Shown here: positions 35,909 through 44,332 of the stretch, one piece after another
How positions within the stretch are numbered: the first letter of the stretch is position 1
How the letters are laid out: every line of letters begins with the position of its first letter
Assembly (NCBI GenBank): GCA_964621445.1
Contig: CAZUNO010000024.1
Coordinates: 1 to 44,332, forward strand
DNA length: 44,332 nt
Direction of reading: 5' to 3'
Origin: Candidatus Hadarchaeota archaeon
GTDB taxonomy: Archaea; CAYQAE01; CAYVLA01
Notes under the pieces: model-generated
Databases searched by the model: none
Told to the model about the DNA's origin: nothing
Seen by the model: only the letters and a program-made list of their open reading frames with translations
Position numbers and translations under genes: made by a program

Positions 35909-36532
35909 TTGGGTATCTTGAGAATTTCCTTGGCAAGTCTAGCTTTTATGTTACTACTATCGGCTGGGGCAGTGGCTCTGCCGGAAATAGACGGGATGAT
36001 AGAGAGCGGAGAATATGCCAATTACAAAGCCGTATCTGCAGGATTTGATGTATATTGGTCCTTAACCGAGAACATGGTTTACTTTGGTATACACGCGGAG
36101 ACGGATGGCTGGGTCTCCCTTGGATTCGAGCCCACCATAGCCATGAAAGATGCGGACATGGTATTCGGGTGGGTCGAGGGCTCGGGGGATAGCTTCGTTG
36201 TTGATGCCTATTCAACTGGTAACTATGGGCCCCATCCTCCGGACACCGAACTTGGTGGAAATATCGACATTACGGATTATTCAGGTTCCCAGGCCGGTGG
36301 GGTGACTGAGTTCGAATTCAGTCGGGCTTTAGCGACGGGGGATGCCTATGATCACGAGATAATACCAGGCACTGACATGAATGTGATATGGGGAATTGGC
36401 CCTTCGGATGATTTTGAAGCAAAACATCCCAGAAGGGGGTCGACGGTCTTGAGCATGGAGATTGTGGAGACCTTCATACTCTTTTCCGCCTTGCCGGCCA
36501 TTTTGTTCGCCGGTGCCACCTCTAGAGATTAA
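35909..36532 (+). CDS. Secreted DOMON-domain protein with C-terminal anchor
   Basis: Signal peptide, GWVSLGF.P..AM..ADMVFG.V, D.YSTG..GPH..D..LGG, EFSR.L.TGD..D, KH; tail IVET-TM. Confidence 0.88.
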   Translation: MGILRISLASLAFMLLLSAGAVALPEIDGMIESGEYANYKAVSAGFDVYWSLTENMVYFGIHAETDGWVSLGFEPTIAMKDADMVFGWVEGSGDSFVVDAYSTGNYGPHPPDTELGGNIDITDYSGSQAGGVTEFEFSRALATGDAYDHEIIPGTDMNVIWGIGPSDDFEAKHPRRGSTVLSMEIVETFILFSALPAILFAGATSRD

Positions 36533-36854
36533 TTCCTTTGCTGGCCAGTTTGGTTCTTAGGATTTCAACTAGTCTAGGGTCCCCCCGGCGGTAGATATCC
36601 GGTATTTCGAGGACCCGAATCTTTGATTCTGCACCGGGTTCAATCCCCAATAGGTGCCTTCGATGGTGTTCCTCCATAACCAGTATTCGGTCGGCCCATT
36701 CGATGTCCTGTTTACTTACCCTTCTGCGGGCCCCCGACATGGTGCCCGCGGATCTAACCTCATATCCCGGCTCCTTTTCCAGAAGGGCCTCGGCGGTTGG
36801 GCTCCTATCGATGTTCCCGGTACAGATAAACAGTATATTCTCCAATGTAATCAC
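36522..36854 (-). CDS. Low-molecular-weight phosphatase-like protein
   Basis: LFICTGNIDRSPTAE (CX5R), VRSAGT, WAD.I.VME, L.IPD.Y...DP.LV..L. Confidence 0.88.
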   Translation of the reverse strand: MITLENILFICTGNIDRSPTAEALLEKEPGYEVRSAGTMSGARRRVSKQDIEWADRILVMEEHHRRHLLGIEPGAESKIRVLEIPDIYRRGDPRLVEILRTKLASKGINL

Positions 36855-36902
36855 CGTTTTACGTTTAAATCAAAGGAATTTCCCGCTCAAATAAAGAAAT
36901 TT

Positions 36903-37760
36903 TCATAGTTCCAGGAGCCGCGAAGCATTTTGATGTGATATCTTTTCAAAGGCCTTTTTGCCCAGTCTCCCGTCTTTTCTCAGATTTTCCAGCAAATCGA
37001 TTATTGGTGTTCCGGAATCCGGGGAGCAAATATCAAGCCCGAATAGAAGTCTGTCCTGGAATTCGTGCAAAAAATTAACTGCGTAATCCTCATCCCTGGA
37101 CAGGGCGTTGTATCCGCTGCCGGCGGACAGATCCCCATAGAGATTTTTGTATTTTCTAAACAGGGTTGGGACCACGCCCTCCTTTTCCACAGGGTATCCG
37201 GGATACCCACTGCGGTCGTTTTCTTTTCGGAGCTTCGCGATCTCGGCCCAGAATGGAGGGCCATGACCGAGGAATTTCAGGCTGGGGAAGCTTTCAAGAC
37301 TTCGTTCTAGCCCTGGTAGTCCTGGATGATCATAGAGACCGTAGGTTCCACCTATATCTGTTGACATATCAAAGGTTAATGGCAGGTCAACCTTCTCCGC
37401 GCATCGAAAAAGATTCTGAACCAGTGGATTTTGGAAGGGGAGATTGGGCATGACTTCCCCTATTCCCCTGCAGCCTAAATCCCTGTAATGGGTCAGCAGG
37501 TCCGTTAGGGGGGCATCCGGGGAGTTGGATAGAGCTCGGGGGTCGATATTGCAGAAGGGTATGAAGCGTTTGGGATGCTCCTCGGCAATTGTAAGGATCT
37601 CCTCGTTGGACTGCGGGAGATATACCTCTGGGTTGACCAGCGGCAATAGGACGCCTGCTTGGACTCCTATTTCATCGTATCGTGACAGAAGCTGTTCCGG
37701 GTTACAGAAGTTCCTTGGACCAGGCCTGGCAAACGCATGGGCGTGGATATCGATATACAT
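36903..37760 (-). CDS. Amidohydrolase-2 family protein
   Basis: IDIHAH, PFCNIDPR, GIGE, GHGP.FW.EI, NLYGDLSAGSG, DRLLFG.D. Confidence 0.9.
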   Translation of the reverse strand: MYIDIHAHAFARPGPRNFCNPEQLLSRYDEIGVQAGVLLPLVNPEVYLPQSNEEILTIAEEHPKRFIPFCNIDPRALSNSPDAPLTDLLTHYRDLGCRGIGEVMPNLPFQNPLVQNLFRCAEKVDLPLTFDMSTDIGGTYGLYDHPGLPGLERSLESFPSLKFLGHGPPFWAEIAKLRKENDRSGYPGYPVEKEGVVPTLFRKYKNLYGDLSAGSGYNALSRDEDYAVNFLHEFQDRLLFGLDICSPDSGTPIIDLLENLRKDGRLGKKAFEKISHQNASRLLEL

Positions 37761-38095
37761 ATTTCTCCCAGATTAGCCGCTATTTACGGCACAACTTGGT
37801 CTTTTTCCCTCCTTGAATAGCTTTCATTTCACTATTTTCCATTATAAAATCGTAATTCGGGCGCTTTTTAACTTAAAACATTGGTAATAGCCGTATATGG
37901 TTCTTACCTTTCTGGTTTAAGCTCCGATGAATTTCATCCGATATGTTCACGTAATCGATTTAGCGATTGAATCGCAATGCATGGAACGACCCGCTGTCCT
38001 CAAAATCGCCTGGTGAAATATCAACTATTTCAGGTCCGCCTTGGGTTGTATTACTGATGAACCCGGACAATGGAACTATCAATGTCGAAAGTAGC

Positions 38096-39376
38096 ATGGG
38101 ACTTCGACGTTTCTATTATAAACACCTCTTCGACCAGATACTTCCCTTCTGGCTCGAAAAGGGAATAGACTCAAAACACGGAGGTTATTACACCGGTTTT
38201 TCAAACTCGGGAGGAGAGCTACTCCATGATCATAAATTCACCTGGTCCCAGGGTCGTTTCGTGTGGGTTTGGTCCAGGCTTTCTGATCAGTTTAAGAAAA
38301 GACCTGATTCAAAGTATTTTCTAAAGTTGGGAAGGTCCGGGGCAAGTTCCTCATGGAGAAAGCTCTTCTTCCAAATGGGAACTGCAGTTTTGTTCTAAGC
38401 CGCGATGGCAATCCAATATCCCTGGATGAGGGGGGGAATAAAATCAGGAAAACTAGCGGTATAAGGTACGATACTAGCACCTATGCCGATTGTTTCGTTA
38501 TCTATGGGCTATCCGAATACGCTCGGGTATCCGGAGACCAGGGTGCATTCGAATTCTCCTTGGATCTATACGAATCCGTTCTGGAACGTATCTCCCGTGA
38601 GGCCTTTCGCACGGACCCGTATCCTACTCCTTCAGGCTTTAGACAGCACGGAGTACCAATGATTATGTTGGAGACAAGTCGACAATTGGCCCTGACCTGT
38701 GACAGGTTTGCCCTCGATCATGGCCCCAAAAATTCGGGAAAGGGCCGGAGAGTTTGAACGCCAGCTGATGGATAAACACAGGGACGGGGAAAGGGACATC
38801 ATGAAGGAGTTCCTCAGAACGGATAGGGAGAACGAGGAGAATATTCTAACTACCTACATCAATCCAGGCCATACACTCGAGTGCATGTGGTTTGTAATTC
38901 ACTACGCCCTGGACGTCGGGCAGAGGGAAATAATCGAACCCGCCGTAAAGGTTGTCCGGAGGGCCCTGGAGCTCGGTTGGGATCGCTCCTATGGGGGTCT
39001 GTATCAGTTCGTGCATATGGAGGGGGGCCGGCCACGCGGCCCTATTACTGGGAATATTGAGGGCCATCCCATGGTCGAAAAGCTAGAGGATAATTGGGAC
39101 GCTAAGTTATGGTGGGTTCATTCGGAGGCCCTCTATGTGTTGGTTCTATGCAACTCTCTTATACAGGCGCCATGGATGGAGGAATGGTATTGGAAGGTTC
39201 ACGATTACACCTTCGAGACCTTTCCGGCGGCCGAGGGAGAGGAATGGGTCAATATTCGGCATCTCGATGGCTCGCCCAGTGACCGCGTTGTGGCGCTACC
39301 TGTTAAGGACCCTTTTCACGTTCCCAGAGCTCTCATGAATGCTATTCGTGTACTTGATGAAGGAGTCCCGCTCTGA
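38096..39376 (+). pseudogene. AGE (N-acylglucosamine 2-epimerase)-family gene split by two frameshifts
   Basis: ILPFW...ID...GGY.T, KFTWSQGR..W (ORF1); S.YADCF...GL.EY (ORF2); INPGH..E..WF, GWD...GG, KLWW.H.EALY, GEW, KDPFH.PR (ORF3). One base missing near 38344 and one extra in A5 38728-38732. Confidence 0.88.
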
Positions 39377-39411
39377 ATTCCTATCGTGTAATTGAGGCTC
39401 CACTACCTGGT

Positions 39412-41433
39412 ATGAAATTGCTAAATCAATGCCGGGCAACTTTTTTATTGCAGAGGCCTTCTTGCCGCTCTGGTGTTCGGTTGAAGGGATGTCCCACAGG
39501 GGTCACTGTCGTGCGGGACGGCGAGGCCCAAGCGGTTGTATTGACATCGGACGAGCCTCTGAGGACGGCGGAATACGCTGTGGAGGAGCTCGTGTGGCAC
39601 GTGAAGAAGGGGACAGGGGTAGAGCTGGAGATATTCCCCGAATCGGAAGTTCCGGATGAGCCACACACCCGGGTGTACATTGGGGAAACGGTTGCCGCCC
39701 GCCATGTGGGGATAATCCCGGAGCGCCTGCCACGGGAAGCATACACGATGCGCTCGGTTGGAAACGACCTGTTCATCACCAGCCATGACGGTAATGTGGA
39801 CCCCCTTCTGCAGGATAATCCCGATGTTGGTACCTTATTCGGCGTTTACGAGTTCCTAGAGCGTTTCCTGGGCGTGCGTTGGTTGTGGCCAGGTGAGCTT
39901 GGTACCTATATCCCCAAAACCGACAACTTGGAGTTTTGGTCGGTCAATGAGACCCGGGAACCGGATTTGAATTTCCGATTGCTTGCCTGGTCCCGCATAC
40001 GAGCCGTGGCTCGGGGGGAAAGGGAACTCAGCGAGGAGGATGAGAAACTGGGGTTCAGCCAGGAGGGCGCTGAACGATACGGCAAGGCACTGGAGATACT
40101 TCTACGCCGGCACCGAATGGGAGGTAGGGACGCCAAGCCTCCCACCGGACATGCCTTCAGCGGCTGGTGGAAAAAATATGGAGAGGAGCATCCGGAGTGG
40201 TTTGCCCTGCGAGGCGATGGCGTACGTGGTCATCCGGATAGGGACTTCGGGGATGTTCCCATGTGCGTTTCAAACCAGGAGCTCCAGGATTTCATCGTCG
40301 AGCAGTGGGACGGGGAAAGCGTGCTGCTGCTTGGCCCTGTGGACAGGCCTGGACGCTGTACCTGCGAGAACTGCATGGCCTGGGATGGCCCACAGCCAGA
40401 AGAACCGCCCTGGTTCGCAAAACGGATATACGAAACCGATCCAAGGGCTCAGGAGCTCTTCTCGGGGGTAACTTCCGATCGCTATGCCCGCTTCTGGAAG
40501 TCCATACAGCAGAAGGCCTCCGAACGCGATAAGCATGCCCTGATATCCGGTTCATTCATCTATGAAAACGAGTTCCCGGCCCCGGTCACCGATATAGAAC
40601 TAAACAGGAACATATATGCTGAGTTCGTCCAGTGGCAGGACCCCCATTTGCGCTGGTTCCCCATGCCCGAGGATGCTCTGGATTGGATCAAGGAGCAGTG
40701 GCTGGGATGGAGGGAAACCGGTATTCGAATGGGTTACCGGCCAAACTACTTGCATGACGGATACGTGATGCCCCACTTTGAAACACGACAATCGGGCGAG
40801 TTTTTCAAGTTCGCATACCAGCACGGGATGGAGGGCGCCCGCTTCGACTCCCTAACGGGGCAGTGGGCGACCCAGGGCCTCAGAATCTACATGCACCTGC
40901 GCCTCATGAACAAGCCGGAGATGGATGTAAGTGAAATACGTGATGAGTACTTCTCGGCCTTCGGACCCGCGGCGAAAACCATGGAGCGCTACTTTGATTA
41001 TTGGGAGAACTATGCGGTTGGCAACATGATGAGGTTCATAGACCTCTACTGGGATGTGGGTTGGAGGTACAGCAGCTACCTACGCCGTGCACACCTGGCC
41101 TTTCCCGAGAGATGCTTCGAACCTGCCCAGGAGTTGCTCGAACGCGCACTAAAGGAGGCCAGGAAACATCCCGACCCAGAGTTCGCTGAACGAGTTCGGT
41201 TTATTCAAACCGGCCTTCGACATGCCCGGTTGGCAAGGGGTCTGGCTCAAGCGTTTGATGGCCAGGAAGAGGTTCCTCCGGAACGTATATCGGAGGCCCG
41301 GGAGGCCCTGCGCAAACTGGTGAAGTTTCGCAAGGATAACGAGCACACCTTCTTCTCGGACCTTTTACACACCACCAGTTATTGGGAACTTCGCCAAATC
41401 GATCTGGAGCCCCTGATGGATTCTCTGGAATAG
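39412..41433 (+). CDS. DUF4838-domain protein (glycoside-hydrolase-like)
   Basis: VVRDG.A.AV, A.EEL..H....TG..L, GTLFGVYEFLE..LGVRWLWPG.LG, H.F..WW..Y...HPEWFAL, C.SN, C.CENC, Y...RL...P, Y...FGPAA..M..YF..WE. Start uncertain (possibly TTG 39481). Confidence 0.85.
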   Translation: MKLLNQCRATFLLQRPSCRSGVRLKGCPTGVTVVRDGEAQAVVLTSDEPLRTAEYAVEELVWHVKKGTGVELEIFPESEVPDEPHTRVYIGETVAARHVGIIPERLPREAYTMRSVGNDLFITSHDGNVDPLLQDNPDVGTLFGVYEFLERFLGVRWLWPGELGTYIPKTDNLEFWSVNETREPDLNFRLLAWSRIRAVARGERELSEEDEKLGFSQEGAERYGKALEILLRRHRMGGRDAKPPTGHAFSGWWKKYGEEHPEWFALRGDGVRGHPDRDFGDVPMCVSNQELQDFIVEQWDGESVLLLGPVDRPGRCTCENCMAWDGPQPEEPPWFAKRIYETDPRAQELFSGVTSDRYARFWKSIQQKASERDKHALISGSFIYENEFPAPVTDIELNRNIYAEFVQWQDPHLRWFPMPEDALDWIKEQWLGWRETGIRMGYRPNYLHDGYVMPHFETRQSGEFFKFAYQHGMEGARFDSLTGQWATQGLRIYMHLRLMNKPEMDVSEIRDEYFSAFGPAAKTMERYFDYWENYAVGNMMRFIDLYWDVGWRYSSYLRRAHLAFPERCFEPAQELLERALKEARKHPDPEFAERVRFIQTGLRHARLARGLAQAFDGQEEVPPERISEAREALRKLVKFRKDNEHTFFSDLLHTTSYWELRQIDLEPLMDSLE

Positions 41434-41554
41434 ATCAAGCTGAGAGCCTAACGATCGAGGGAGTGACCTTTTGCAATAGGATTAACTTGACGGAGATAGA
41501 TTATTGAGCCATCAAATTTCTAAGATAACAGAATAAGAGATAGGGATGATTGCC

Positions 41555-41719
41555 ATGCCAAGAAACGATGCAAAGCGTTGGAGAAGAAAGGTGGAAAGGA
41601 TAATTAAATCCTCTCTGGACAAGGAAGAAAACAGGAAGAAGGAATTTTCACAGGAATACCACGACAAGGTCCTTCAAAAAATTCAGAAAGGAAGAAAAAA
41701 GCAGGAAAAGGAAGAATGA
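41555..41719 (+). CDS. Small highly charged hypothetical protein (54 aa)
   Basis: Below the track cut-off. MPRNDAKRWRRKVERIIKSSLDKEENRKKEFSQEYHDKVLQKIQKGRKKQEKEE; SD-like GGGATGA upstream; strongly purine-biased coding strand. Confidence 0.55.
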   Translation: MPRNDAKRWRRKVERIIKSSLDKEENRKKEFSQEYHDKVLQKIQKGRKKQEKEE

Positions 41720-41887
41720 TTAACTTTGCATGAACCTCCTAGGCGCTTGATTATCTAAGTTTATCGTTTCATCCTTATGATATTAAACCCGTACATCCTT
41801 TGCCCAGGTACCGAACCGGGATAATCACTTGAGGACGCATCCAAGAGATATTTTAGGGAGATCCGAGAAGAGTGGTGATGGATTTTT

Positions 41888-43159
41888 GTGGAAACTATAC
41901 CCGCTCTCAGTCATTTATTCATTTGTCAAAAGCTCCTCCTATCACTTCTTATCATCTCTTTGGTTTTGCCGGTGACCTTGGGCGAGGATCAAATCAATGT
42001 CCTAGCGATAGGTCAAGTATTACCGGGGGAATCCCCAATACCCCTCTGGTTTGGTGCTGACCCTCTCGTCGACTATGTGCTAGTCCCCACGGAAGCAGAC
42101 TTCTGCCAGGGCTATAGTGGTGCTTCCTTCAAGAGAATCATCCGATTGTACTTCCCTAGGACCAGGAAGGTTTTGGTGGATGGCTTCGATTTCCTGGTTT
42201 TCCCGGATGGAAGGTTGGACCATTTCACCTCTTCCCAGATGATGGATATGAAGCATGCCGTGGAAAACGGACTGGGAAGCTTCGTAACTATGGGAGGGGG
42301 TCTAGGCACCCCGAGTGGCTCGGTATACCCTAGTTGGGCGAACTCCGTACTAAGAGAGATCCTGCCGGTTGAGCTCAACGATAAGATGAGGCGGGACTCA
42401 TCTGCTTTCACTATCGAGGTGATGAAGAGAGACCCGGCTCTCCTATCTATGTTCATTCCACTGGGTATAGAGGAATTCAGGGGAACCTGGTTCACTAATC
42501 TAATGTTAAAACCCGGGGTTACGGTTTGGGGTAATTTGAGGGTGGTGGCAGAGGCTCACATATCCATAGGTCTAGGGGAGACGACCGAATGGTTGGTTTC
42601 GCGTAGGGCCGGGCCAAAGGGTGGTATTTCCTGGGCGGTGGCAGACGATCTTGATGCTCCCTGGTGGTCCTCGGTGATCATCCCTAGCGATAACCAGTAT
42701 GCGGGGGATGTTTTTATGAACATACTTATTCACTCCACTGGAGGCCCCCTACCGGAAAATATTTACCAGCTTCACCGTTTGCGAAATTTGTACTCCGATT
42801 ACCGGGTGGAAAAGTCACTGCTAACCGGTCTGCTTGAATTTGCGGATAGCTTCGGGGCCAATACCCGTGGAATTTACTCCAAGATCCAGAAGATAGACGA
42901 AACAGGGGGAGAATCTGTTGATTATTACCGGGATTACAGATTCGGAGAGGCGACGGAGAAGATTGAGAATGCAGTTTCCAGGCTGAGGGAACTGAAGGAT
43001 GAGGCCACTGATCTCAAGGATAAAACTCTATTTTGGATCTATCTAACCCAGTGGATAGCGGTTACTGGGACCTTTCTCATCTGTGGATATCTGGTATGGA
43101 GCCTAATGGTTCGGCGCAGACTCTACCGAGAGGTTTCGACCACGCGTATGACCATCTGA
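41888..43159 (+). CDS. Hypothetical surface protein (signal peptide, GATase-like alpha/beta domain, helical stalk, C-terminal TM)
   Basis: Signal LLLSLLIISLVLPVTLG; FDFLVF.D...V.NG.G..V..GG...W..S.L.EILPV resembles class I GATase-like domains; TM then RRRLYREV. Confidence 0.7.
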   Translation: METIPALSHLFICQKLLLSLLIISLVLPVTLGEDQINVLAIGQVLPGESPIPLWFGADPLVDYVLVPTEADFCQGYSGASFKRIIRLYFPRTRKVLVDGFDFLVFPDGRLDHFTSSQMMDMKHAVENGLGSFVTMGGGLGTPSGSVYPSWANSVLREILPVELNDKMRRDSSAFTIEVMKRDPALLSMFIPLGIEEFRGTWFTNLMLKPGVTVWGNLRVVAEAHISIGLGETTEWLVSRRAGPKGGISWAVADDLDAPWWSSVIIPSDNQYAGDVFMNILIHSTGGPLPENIYQLHRLRNLYSDYRVEKSLLTGLLEFADSFGANTRGIYSKIQKIDETGGESVDYYRDYRFGEATEKIENAVSRLRELKDEATDLKDKTLFWIYLTQWIAVTGTFLICGYLVWSLMVRRRLYREVSTTRMTI

Positions 43160-43215
43160 GGAGCAGAGGTCCGGGCCCGAAGACTTTTTAAGGGATTTCT
43201 AACCTTACAAAGGAC

Positions 43216-44332
43216 ATGCCGAGGTCTAAACTCTTCCCCACGTAATTGTTTTACTGTTAGTGATTCCCCTAGCTCAGGGCGTTGAACCAGCTCAGGTTGG
43301 TTGCAATGTCTTTGGTGCTTTCCAGGGCGAGGATTCGATTAGGTTTACCACCAATGATAAGGGAATTTACCTTTTCTCACCGTCGATTGGAACCATGGAT
43401 CATCTGGTTGCACCGGTGGATATACCGGTCAATGAAACGACCTGCGGTATTATTGCGTTGGGAAGGATTTGGTTGGGCACCGACGAGGGTCTTTACTACT
43501 CGGATGCTGATGATATGGTTTGGACCGAGGTGGACGAAAACAACCTGCCCTCTCCTAAAATCAATTGCATGGCGGTGGATGAAGGGTCTCTCTGGGTGGG
43601 CACACCCAAGGGAGCGGTAAAACTGGATTCCGGTTCGTGGAGAACTTATACCAAATCGGATGGCATGGGTGACGATTGGGTAATGGATATCGAGGTGCAG
43701 GGAGAACAAGTGTGGTTTGGGACACTCAGAGGGGGATATCAAGGTACACACCATCAACGGATACCTGGGAATCATGAGGTACGGGTGAAGGCCTGATCTC
43801 CAGGACCGTGTTCTCCATTTCCTGTTCAGTCTCGCGGGTCTTTGTCGCTACTGCCAGTGGTTTTTCGGTTTTTGATCTCGATTCGGAGGAATTTGCCAAT
43901 TACGGATTTGGGCAGCTTCCTAGCTCATCAGTCACCTGTTGCGCATGGTCCGATGAGCTTGAACAGGCATGGATAGGAACGGGAAAAGGAATTGCCATTT
44001 GGCAAGAGGACGAGGAAAAACCTGACCGTGATCCAGGAGGTTGGGGAGATAAAACTCGGTAAGATAAATGGGATAGAGGTTCTGGACGGGGTGTTATGGG
44101 TGATGCGAAGCACCACGGAATGGTTCTACCACAGAACAACGGGTGTACTTGGTTATGACCTTGAGGATTCAAAATGGATTCGCCCTACATTTCTCGATGT
44201 TCTCGTCGATCAATCAGGGTATAGCCCAGGTCATCCCAAGGAGTTTTTGGTCCAGTGCAACAAACCGCTGGATGAGCCCGGGGGTTTCAGGGTGTTGAGT
44301 GGGGCTGGCAAGGAGGTATACCAAGGTCACTT
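43216..44332 (+). pseudogene. Disrupted secreted beta-propeller (Reg_prop-like repeats) + GH9-type Ig-like domain gene, runs off window
   Basis: Repeats IWLGTDEGL, LWVGTPKG, VWFGT, VFVATASG, AWIGTGKG; then VLVDQSGYSPGHPKEFLV. Lesions: frameshift near 43228-43241, frameshift in G5 43731-43735, TGA 43775-43777, frameshift in A5 44016-44020. Confidence 0.75.

Noticed and set aside
37926-38034. Cluster of short palindromes (GATGAA-T-TTCATC, GCGATT-G-AATCGC, TGAAATA-n5-TATTTCA)
   Set aside because: Arms are only 6-7 bp, share no consensus and lie in AT-rich DNA; not distinguishable from chance.
38339-38732. Programmed ribosomal frameshifting in the AGE gene
   Set aside because: It would need two opposite shifts; the first site has no slippery heptamer and no stimulatory structure is evident.
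43775-43777. In-frame TGA as Sec or Trp recoding
   Set aside because: TGA is an ordinary stop in many genes here, the position is not Cys-like, and the same gene has three frameshifts.
1-44332. tRNA, rRNA, IS/transposase, integrase or provirus
   Set aside because: No cloverleaf, rRNA-like stretch, transposase/integrase motifs or terminal repeats were recognised; small ncRNAs cannot be excluded without a covariance search.

Overview
44.3 kb of a gene-dense archaeal chromosome. The csl4-rpoL-NUDIX-tfs order, TFB, Dph2, archaeal AdkA and GGAGTG/GGTGA ribosome-binding sites suggest an uncultured euryarchaeote-like heterotroph; that lineage call is an inference. The left and centre hold housekeeping genes (purC, glyS, tfb, an RNA-processing/transcription cluster dph2-METTL5-csl4-rpoL-RNaseIII-like-DUF99-NUDIX-tfs, rio1, adkA, argF) mixed with sugar-catabolic genes. 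At 19.5-22.9 kb is a tightly coupled 7-deazaguanine (preQ0/archaeosine precursor) operon: queC-queE-folE2/mptA-DUF366-queD. It carries an uncharacterised ligase-fold gene (DUF366) and a QueE with an atypical CX11CX2C radical-SAM motif, and it is the best candidate for undescribed biochemistry. The right third is rich in bacterial-like, poorly understood glycan/sugar genes (FAD oxidoreductase, UroD-like, amidohydrolases, AGE epimerase, DUF4838, beta-propeller/GH9-Ig protein); two of these are broken by frameshifts or a stop codon. Other signals: glyS apparently starts at ATC, three predicted surface proteins share a PEF-CTERM-like tail, and several enzymes look catalytically degenerate. No rRNA, tRNA, CRISPR array or mobile element was recognised. 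All family calls come from visual motif recognition, not database searches.
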